Shown: piece after piece, positions 1 through 9,596 of the stretch
Layout of the letters: the number at the start of each line of letters is the position of its first letter
Numbering within the stretch: position 1 is the first letter of the stretch
NCBI GenBank assembly: GCA_002269645.1
Contig: NIVC01002500.1
Span: 1 to 27,944 of the forward strand
From: Macrostomum lignano
Lineage: Eukaryota
DNA: 27,944 nt
Reading direction: 5' to 3'
Translations under genes and position numbers: made by a program
Notes under the pieces: model-generated
What the model saw: the letters and a program-made list of their open reading frames with translations, nothing else
Database searches by the model: none
Told to the model about the DNA's origin: nothing

Positions 1-216
1 AGACTGAGCCGCACATTGAGACTGAGCGCCACATTGAGACTCAGCCGCACATTGAGACTGAGCCGCCACATTGAGACTCAGCCGCACATTGAGACTGAGT
101 CGCACATTGAGACTTGAGCCGCACATTGAGACTGAGCCGCACATGAGACTCAGCCGCACATTGAGACTGAGCCGCCACATTGAGACTCAGCCGACATTGA
201 GAATCAGCCGCACATT
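1..216. repeat. 18-bp minisatellite (AGACTGAGCCGCACATTG)n, ~12 copies, truncated by the window edge
   Basis: Tandem units read directly, with small indels between copies. Confidence 0.95.
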
Positions 217-849
217 TCAGTTTTAAACAAGAGCTCGTTGCACTTGCATTCGTGCTTCAACGATATTTAATGATAAGCTATACCAGGTCATCCAGAACCG
301 GTCACTTATCTAATCAATCTGCCAGTGTCACATTGGCAGCTTGATTGCGATTCCTGAGAGCTCCTGAATAATTAATACGGCAAATTTCATCCCGAGCGAT
401 TGCCCCAGATGTGCTTCTGCTCGAAACTGGTGACCGCAGAGCTGGCCGAGCCTGTCTCAGCTTACGCGTGGGGGGGGGGTACAGCGGGAGGCACAGCGGG
501 AGGCACGCGGGGCGGCACAGCGGCACGCGGGGGGGCACAGCGGCCGAGAGCAGTTAAGTGCCGAGGTCTCGGCAGGCAAAATGCCGCATTGATTTGGCAA
601 TTGCGGACTGCGGCAATGCGGAATGAGAGATCCGAGACGGCGGCGAGGGGAGGGGAGGGCGTGCCGCGGACCCGAGCTGACCGGCTTCATCTCGGCGCAA
701 GCTAAGGGGAAGAGGAGGAGCTACGATGCAGTGCCCTGCTGCAGTTCGTTGTGCCAGTAGTGGGGCTGCACAAAAGCCAGCGCACAGTCCAAGGACCAGA
801 TTTGCTGCTGCATGAACTTTGCCACTGCATGTGCGCTGAAGAACTGGAA

Positions 850-2467
850 GTGGATTGCTAATCTAGCCAACATGGATGAAGGAATAGAATGGATTGCTAA
901 TCTAGCAACATGGGTGAAGGAATAGAGCTGATTGCTAATCTAGCCAACTTGGGTGAAGGAATAGAGCGGATTGCTAATCTAGCCAACAGCCAACATGGAT
1001 GAAGGAATAGAATGGATTGCTAATCTAGCCAACATGGGTGAAGGAATAGAGCTGATTGCTAATCTAGCCAACTTGGGTGAAGGAATAGAGCGGATTGCTA
1101 ATCTAGCCAACATGGGTGAAGGAATAGAGCGATTGCTAATCTAGCCAACATGGGTGAAGGAATAGAGTGGATTGCTAATCTAGCCAACATGGATGAAGGA
1201 ATAGAGCGGATTGCTAATCTAGCAACATGGGTGAAGGAATAGAGCGGATTGCTAATCTAGCCAACATGGGTGAAGGAATAGAGCGTATTCTAGCCAACAT
1301 GGTGAAGGAATAGAGTGGATTGCTAATCTAGCCAACATGGATGAAGAATAGAGCGGATTGCTAATCTAGCCAACATGGGTGAAGGAATAGAGCTGATTGC
1401 TAATCTAGCCAACATGGGTGAAGGAATAGAGCTGATTGCTAATCTAGCCAACATGGGTGAAGGAATAGAGATTGCTAATCTAGCCAACATGGGTAAAGGA
1501 ATAGAGTGGATTGCTAATCTAGCCAACATGGGTGAAGGAATAGAGTGGATTGCTAATCTAGCCAACATGGGTAAAGGAATAGAGTGGATTGCTAATCTAG
1601 CCAACATGGGTGAAGAATAGAGCGGATTGCTAATCTAGCCAACATGGGTAAAGGAATAGAGTGGATTGCTAATCTAGCCAACATGGGTAAAGGAATAGAG
1701 TGGATTGCTAATCTAGCCAACATGGGTGAAGGAATAGAATGGATTGCTAATCTAGCCAACATGGGTAAAGGAATAGAGTGGATTGCTAATCTAGCCAACA
1801 TGGGTGAAGGAATAGAGTGGATTGCTAATCTAGCCAACATGGGTGAAGGAATAGAGCTGATTGCTAATCTAGCCAACTTGGGTGAAGGAATAGAGCGGAT
1901 TGCTAATCTAGCCAACATGGGTGAAGGAATAGAGTGGATTGCTAATCTAGCCAACTTGGATGAAGGAATAGAGTGGATTGCTAATCTAGCCAACTTGGGT
2001 GAAGGAATAGAGCTGATTGCTAATCTAGCCAACATGGGTGAAGGAATAGAGCGGATTGCTAATCTAGCCAACATGGGTGAAGGAATAGAGCGGATTGCTA
2101 ATCTAGCCAACTTGGGTGAAGGAATAGAGCGGATTGCTAATCTAGCCAACATGGGTGAAGGAATAGAGCGGATTGCTAATCTAGCCAACATGGTGAAGGA
2201 ATAGAGCGGATTGCTAATCTAGCCAACTTGGGTGAAGGAATAGAGCGGATTGCTAATCTAGCCAACATGGGTGAAGGAATAGAGCGGATTGCTAATCTAG
2301 CCAACTTGGGTGAAGGAATAGAATGGATTGCTAATCTAGCCAACATCGATTGTGGGATTTGGATGGATTGCTAATCTAGCCAACATGGAATGGAGGATTT
2401 GGATGGATTTCTAATCTAGCCAACATCGATTGTGGGATTTGGATGGATTGCTAATCTAGCCAACATG
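850..2467. repeat. 39-bp minisatellite (GATTGCTAATCTAGCCAACATGGGTGAAGGAATAGAGCG)n, ~41 copies, diverged units at the right edge
   Basis: Tandem units; explains the MGEGIEWIANLAN and MLARLAIRSIPSP pseudo-ORFs. Confidence 0.97.
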
Positions 2468-2929
2468 GTTGGGGGTAGATTGACTCTGTCTTTCTCTCAC
2501 ACCTTCGCTGATCAACCCTCCCAAATATTTGGTCATCCATTGCAAAAATAATCCTATGTCTAATCTTCGTGCATTGCCTACTGGAAGTAGAGAGGTCCCA
2601 AGTGTCTAAATATTTATTCACATCGGAGGAAACGATCTGCTCTCAAACCAGTCCCTACTCAGGTGGTCCTGTGGCTAACTGATGCCGTCAATATCCAATT
2701 TGGAAAATAGGAGACGAGAGCAGCTTCTGGGTGGATAACAAGATGATGCTAGATGCCAATCCGGAGCCCGATATCCAGCTGCTTCTGGGATAAATTGGTC
2801 AAACCAATCTTCTGTTGCAAAACAGTCCTACAGCTCCACTTGAATAGAGCGCAATTGAGCAAGCAGCTCTGGGCCTGCATTTAGCCTGCAATCACGGCTG
2901 CTTGTGTGCTCTGTGCGCTTTTGATTCAT

Positions 2930-4480
2930 TTTCACCCTCCTCTCCACCTCCTCTCCACCTCCTCTCTACCCTCTCTCTCCACCATCCTCTCTACCCTCCT
3001 CTCCACCCTCCTCTCTACCCTCCTCTCTACCCTCCTCTCCACCCTCCTCTCCACCCTCCTCTCTACCCTCCTCTCTACCCTCCTCTCTACCCTCCTCTCC
3101 ACCCTCCTCTCTACCCTCCTCTCCACCCTCCTCTCTACCCTCCTCTCCACCCTCCTCTCCACCATCCTCTCCACCATCCTCTCCACCCTCCTCTCTACCC
3201 TCCTCTCCACCCTCCTCTCTCACCCTCCTCTCTACCCTCCTCTCCACCCTCCTCTCCACCATCCTCTCCACCTCCTCTCCTCTCCACCCTCCTCTCCACC
3301 CTCCTCTCCACCCTCCTCTCCACCTCCTCTCCACCCTCCTCTCTACCCTCCTCTCCACCCTCCTCTCCACCATCCTCTCCACCATCCTCTCTACCCTCCT
3401 CTCCACCCTCCTCTCTACCCTCCTCTCTACCCTCCTCTCCACCTCCTCTTCACCCTCCTCTCCACCCTCCTCTCCACCCTCCTCTCCACCCTCCTCTCCA
3501 CCCTCCTCTCCACCCTCCTCTCCACCCTTCTCTCCACCCTCCTCTCCACCATCCTCTCTACCCTCCTCTCTACCCTCCTCTCCACCCTCCTCTCCACCCT
3601 CCTCTCCACCCTCCTCTTCACCCTCCTCTCCACCCTCCTCTCCACCATCCTCTCTACCCTCCTCTCCATTCTCATTTTCACCCCCTCTTCACCTTCCACT
3701 TCACTCTCCTCTTCATCATTCTGACCTCATTTACACCTGCCAGTTTACCCTCCTCTTCGCCTCCTCTCCCCTCCTCTCCCCTCGTCTACCCTACTCTACC
3801 TTCCTCTCCCATCCTCTCCCCTCCTCTCCCCTCGTCTACCCTACTCTACCTTCCTCTCCCATCCTCTCCCCTCCTCTCCCCTCGTCTACCCTACTCTACC
3901 TTCCTCTCCCATCCTCTCCCCTCCTCTCCCCTCCTCTACCCTACTCTACCTTCCTCTCCCCTCCTCTGCACTCCTCTCCCCTCCTCTACTCTCCTCTACC
4001 TTCCTCTTCCCTCCTCTGCCCCCCTCTCCCCTCCTCTACCCTCCTCTCCCCTCCTCTACTCTCCTCTACCTTCCTCTCCCGTCCTCTACCCTCATCTCCC
4101 CTCATCTTCCCTCCTCTCCCCTTCTCTACTCTCCTCTACCTTCCTCTCTCGTCCTCTACCCTCATCTCCCCTCATCTTCCCTCCTCTCCCCTCCTCTACT
4201 CTCCTCTCCCCTCCTCTGCCCTCCTCTCCCCTCCTCTCCCCTCCTCTCCCCTCCTCTCCCCTCCTCTGCCCTCCTCTGCCCTCCTCTCCCCTCCTCTACC
4301 CCCATCTCCCCTCATCTTTCCTCCTCTCCCCTCCTCTGCCCTCCTCTGCCCTCCTCTCCCCTCCTCTGCCCTCCTCTCCCCTCCTCTGCCCTCCTCTCCC
4401 TCTCCCCTCCTCTACCCCCATCTCCCCTCATCTTTCCTCCTCTCCCCCCTGTCCCCTGCTCTCTCCCCCTCCTCCCCTCT
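2930..4480. repeat. ~1.55-kb pyrimidine-rich tract: 12-bp (CCCTCCTCTCYA-like) repeat followed by 10-bp-based (CTCCTCTCCC) repeat
   Basis: Almost entirely C/T on the + strand; explains the Pro/Leu/Ser-rich ORFs 2902-4530. Confidence 0.95.
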
Positions 4481-5490
4481 CTTTCCACTCGTCTTTACCC
4501 CTCCTGTTCACCCACTCTGGTCTCCATTAAATAAACGTCCCCATGTCTCCCTCTGGTGACTCTTTTTCTCCGAGCTGGGCTTCAATGCTCTGTCGAAGGC
4601 TTACTTCTGTTCTCAAGCAGAGTTTGAGCAAACGCTCAAATCCTCCAAAGAGTTCAGCTCGCGGTCATCCTTGGTTGGAACCAGCCCTTAATCTAACGAA
4701 TTTCTTAGTTCGCTACTGCGCAGTAGCTGCCTGCGACTATTGGCATTTCTATTTAAGAAGCCCCCAGGGAATCCCTCGGGTGAGGATCTGATTGAAGGCA
4801 GATCCACCGGGATTTCGCAGCGGATTATCGCGCTGGCCCCAACAGTTTGTTGTTTCAGGAGGCTGCGGCTGCCATTTTGGCATCCGACTGCTCAGGGAGG
4901 GGAGTCGCTGAGCTGAGCCAGCTTAATTAATAGTCATGATTAAACATTAATGAGAGCAGCACGGCTGAAGGCCCCGTGTTTAGCGAAGTGGCGCCGCGCC
5001 CTCCGCTACTCAGTCGTCGCTCTCTGCTTGCTCTGCGAGCAGCAACTCAGCCTGCAAGTCTCGCAGGATCCCCCATACAATTTCTCACCTCCTCCTCCGC
5101 CTCTTCCAAGATGTAAAAGAAAATAAGGGGGCTAAGAAGAGCAGCGAAACGGGAGAGGCTCTGGCTCCGGTTTCCTTCTCTGCCGGGTTTGCACCCGCAG
5201 CAGCAGCACCCGCAGCAGCAGCACCCGCAGCAGCAGCAGCAGCAGCAGCTGGGACTCCCCCGGCTCCCCAGTCAAAAATTGAGCGAGTCGCAGCCCCGTC
5301 TGCCCAATGGCGGAGCGGCTGTGCAGCGGCCTGGGCGGGCAGGGGTGGCGGGGAGGCTGCGGGGGGCGATAGCGGAAGCGGGGGCTGTGGCAGGGCGATA
5401 CAAAAGGAAGACAAGACTTGGAGACAGCGGCCGGATCAGATAACCAGCATCCTGGCTCAGCCGCATCAATCACAACGTCAGGACTGGCAG

Positions 5491-5687
5491 ATGCTGTCGC
5501 GAACCGCTGCGGCAAGCGCTGGCCAGGCGGACTTGGCCGGCCTGACTGGGCCACGGCGGGTTCGCTTTGAGCCGCACTGCAGGTCCGTGGCGGCGGCGGC
5601 TGCTGAGACAGCCGGGCATCGGGAGGGGGTGCAGGCGCCACATCTACCGTGTCCTGGCGGCAGGAGGCACTCTTGTCACACCTGCTG
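5491..5687 (+). CDS. PDE4: PDE4 N-terminal exon ending ...RRHSCHTC(C); may extend upstream to an acceptor at 5110/5111
   Basis: ATG at 5491; donor CTG|GTGAGT at 5688 in phase 2. Joining to 6835 gives HTC-C-FEEN, matching the vertebrate PDE4 junctions RRHSWIC|FDVDN and VAHTC|FDVEN. Confidence 0.7.
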
Positions 5688-5996
5688 GTGAGTGACTCTC
5701 TGAAGAGCACTCTCGCTCTCTCTCTCTCTCTCTCTTTCCTGTCACACCTGCTGGTGAGTGACTCTCAGAAGAGCACTCTCGCACTCTCTCTCTCTTTCTT
5801 GTCACACCTGCTGGTGAGTGACTCTCTGAAGAGCACTCACGCTCTCTCTCTCTCTTTCTTGGCACACCTGCTGGTGAGTGACTCTCTGAAGAGCACTCTC
5901 TCTCTCTTTCCTGTCACACCTGCTGGTGAGTGACTCTCTGAAGAGCACTCTCTCTCTCTCTCTTTCTTGTCACACCTGCTGGTGAGTGACTCTGAG

Positions 5997-6087
<91 letters not shown>

Positions 6088-9000
6088 GTCATACCTGCAG
6101 GTGAGTGACTCTCTGAAGAGCACTGTCTCTTGTCACACCTGCAGGTGAGTGACTCTCTGAAGAGCACTGTCTCTTGTCACACCTGCAGGTGAGTGACTCT
6201 CTGAAGAGCACTCTCTCTTGTCACATCCGAGTGACCCTATCAGAGGGTATCCAGGTCCCATGGGGCTTAATGAAGCAAAGCCAGGCTGATGTCGGCAGTG
6301 CGCAGGCCAGCTGAAGCCAATTAAAATCCTCTCCCTGACCTGCTCAACTCGCAGGCAGCATGCGGGGCTTCTGGGGGGATTTCACTATGCAAATCGCAGA
6401 GACTTTCCACTTTCAGTGTTGCAGAATCTTTTCCCGAAAGCTTGGAGAGATATTTTCTGCTAAAAAAGATCGACCTGACACTGGCTGGAGTATGGGGAAC
6501 TCGGTGGCTGCTGGTTGAAATCCCACTGTAAAATGCAATAAAACAGGCAGGGGCAGCGACGCCCGGGGCCACCCAGCTGACAAGCTGCAGTCGGGCAGTT
6601 CCGGGGATGCTTTAAAATTTCGGCCGCTCCGATTGCAGTAAATTCTCTGCGTCCGATTCACATGGACAACCCCCCTCAGCGCTAATGGCGGAGGCTGGGC
6701 AGGGGGCGGTCTGCCTCATCAAACCGACTCCATCCGGATTCTGGGAGGATGAGGCAGAGGCGGAGCGCGATGGGAGATCGAGTGAGCTCAAACCGCCTCT
6801 CTCAAGTACCGAGTATCGAATTTTCACCCCGCAGCTTCGAGGAGAATTTGCAGCAGTCCCAGCATCAGCAGCAGGCCCAGCTTCCCGGACATGCGGCCTT
6901 GGTGCTTCATCATCTGCCACACCTGCGGCGCGAGTCCTTCCTGTACCGGTCCGACTCAGACTTTGACGTGTCCGGCCGCTCATCCCGGCACTCCTCCTTG
7001 GCCAGCGATCAGTGAGGCCCACCAATTTCTATTTGATTTCGGTTCTCATGCGCTTTTTGCACTACTCATTTACTGTGTATGTCAGTAGTGCAGATTTGCA
7101 CAGAAAATAGCAAATTTTTCTTCGCCTCTCTTTACCCTCCTCTTTAACTTCCTCTTTACCCTATTATTTGCCCTTTGCTTCACTCTCCTTTTCACTCTCC
7201 CATTCACTCTCCTCTTCACCTCTACTCTCTCCTTCGCCCTCCTCCTCATCCTCTTTTTCACCCTCCTCTCCCCCTTTCCTTCACCTTCCTCTTCCCCTCT
7301 ACAACAAAGGGCAGCAAGCCTCAACCTTCTCGAGTGGACTGTTGAATACTTCAGCTGTCCCAAATATTTTACATCGCTGTAAATGTACTTGCCAGACTAC
7401 TATCAGGTCCGCAAGGCCAGTAGTATCTACAAGGCGGTGAGCGCATTAAGAAGCTAATTGAGCAGCCCTGCAGAGACAAGAGTTGGTGCAGCTTAGCAAC
7501 ACCCTTGCCAGCAGCAGCTGAGAGAATTCCTGGCTGAGGCGGAGTGCCGGGGCCCCTCTGCGTCTATTGAGGTCCGCCTGAGTCTGGCAATTCTCTCCCC
7601 CTCTCACTCTCAAGACGGTTTAACCCCAGTGACCTTAAAACACAGCGGTGCGACGGGGTGGGCGGTCGCCACTTCAGCCTCTCCCGCGCCAGCTCCCATG
7701 CAGCCCCAGCCACAGCTCAGAAAGTGCTGATTGCAAATTCCAAGTGGAGCCTGCCGTGCTGCAGCTGGGGAAGCCGGGACGCAACTTCTGACTGGCCCGG
7801 CGCCAGGCCTCCCGTATTTTTTGTATTCTGCCTTCGAGTCCCTCCGCACTCGATGAGCAGGGCAGGGGAAGGAGAGTCGCTGGAGATCGAAGGAATCAAT
7901 TCCCCCCCCCCCGGAATCGATTGCGCTCGGAGGAGACCGCTCGGTCGTGACGGGTGCCCCGCACCTCGCTCTCTGCTCTCCTTCTCTCTCTCCCTCTCAC
8001 TCGGTCTGTTGGTAGTTATTCTGACTCTTCCGGACTCTCCCTGACTCTCCCTGGACTCTTACGGACTCTCTCTCTGACTCTCTCTGATTCTCCCTGACTC
8101 CCTCTGACTACTCCTGACTCTCTCTGACTCTTCCTGACTCTCCCTGACTCACCCTGACTACTCCTGACTCTCTCTGACTCTTCCTGACTCTCCCTGACTC
8201 ACTCTGACTACTCCTGACTCTCTCTAATTCTTCCTGACTCTCCCTGACTCACCCTGACTACTCCTGACTCTCTCTGACTCTTCCTGACTCTCCCTGACTC
8301 ACTCTGACTACTCCTAACTCTCTCTGACTCTTCCTGACTCTCCCTGACTCACCCTGACTACTCCTGACTCTCTCTGACTCTTCCTGACTCTCCCTGACTC
8401 ACTCTGACTACTCCTGACTCTCTCTGACTCTTCCTGACTCTCCCTGACTCACTCTGACTACTCCTGACTCTCTCTGACTCTTCCTGACTCTCCCTGACTC
8501 ACTCTGACTACTCCTGACTCTCTCTGACTCTTCCTGACTCTCCCTGACTCACTCTGACTACTCCTGACTCTCTCTGACTCTTCCTGACTCTCCCTGACTC
8601 ACTCTGACTACTCCTGACTCTCTCTGACTCTTCCTGACTCTCCCTGACTCACCCTGACTACTCCTGACTCTCTCTGACTCTTCCTGACTCTCCCTGACTC
8701 ACCCTGACTACTCCTGACTCTCTCTGACTCTTCCTGACTCTCTTTGACTCACTCTGACTACTCCTGACTCTCTCTGATTCTTCCTGACTCTCCCTGACGC
8801 ACCCTGACTACTCCTGACTCTCTCTGACTCTTCCTGACTCTCCCTGACTCACTCTGACTACTCCTGACTCTCTCTGACTCTTCCTGACTCTCCCTGACTC
8901 ACCCTGACTACTCCTGACTCTCTCTGACTCTTCCTGACTCTCCCTGACTCACTCTGACTACTCCTGACTCTCTCTGACTCTTCCTGACTCTCCCTGACTC

Positions 9001-9534
9001 ACCCTGACTACTCCTGACTCTCTCTGACTCTTCCTGACTCTCCCTGACTCACTCTGACTACTCCTGACTCTCTCTAATTCTTCCTGACTCTCCCTGACTC
9101 ACCCTGACTACTCCTGACTCTTTCTGACTCTTCCTGACTCTCCCTGACTCACCCTGACTACTCCTGACTCTCTCTGACTCTTCCTGACTCTCCCTGACTC
9201 ACTCTGACTACTCCTGACTCTCTCTAATTCTTCCTGACTCTCTCTGACTGTTCCTGACTTTCTCCGATGCTTTCTGACTCTCTTTGACTCTCCCAGACTC
9301 TTACTGACTCTTACTGACTTTTTCTGACTACTCCAGACTCTCTCTCTGTGACTCTTTCTGGCTATTTATAACTGTTTCTGACTCTCCCTTACCCTTTCTG
9401 ACTCTCCTGACTCTCCCTTACCCTTTCTGACTCTCCTGACTCTCCCTTACCCTTTCTGACTCTCCTGACTCTCCCTTACCCTTTCTGACTCTCCTGACTC
9501 TCCCTTACCCAATTCCTTACCCTTCTTGGATTTT

Positions 9535-9596
<62 letters not shown>

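Noticed and set aside
400-720. GC/CpG-rich patch as an upstream PDE4 exon
   Set aside because: No PDE-like motif, and no convincing phase-1 donor to join the 5111 acceptor.
850-2467. Long repeat-protein ORFs on both strands (MGEGIEWIANLAN, MLARLAIRSIPSP)
   Set aside because: A 39-bp unit is stop-free in some frames by chance; frequent 1-bp deletions break the frames; no unique N- or C-terminus or splice context.
2902-4530. 542-aa Pro/Leu/Ser-rich, extensin-like ORF
   Set aside because: Translation of a C/T-only tract that cannot form stops; TTG start; several frames equally open.
4543-4791. 82-aa ORF with a donor-like CGG|GTGAGG at 4780
   Set aside because: The donor is phase 0 in that ORF, incompatible with the phase-1 acceptor at 5110; no homology cue.
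5189-5443. Poly-Gln ORF (HPQQQ...)
   Set aside because: TTG start and stop at 5441-5443; the overlapping poly-Ala frame is the one continuous with the PDE4 donor at 5688.
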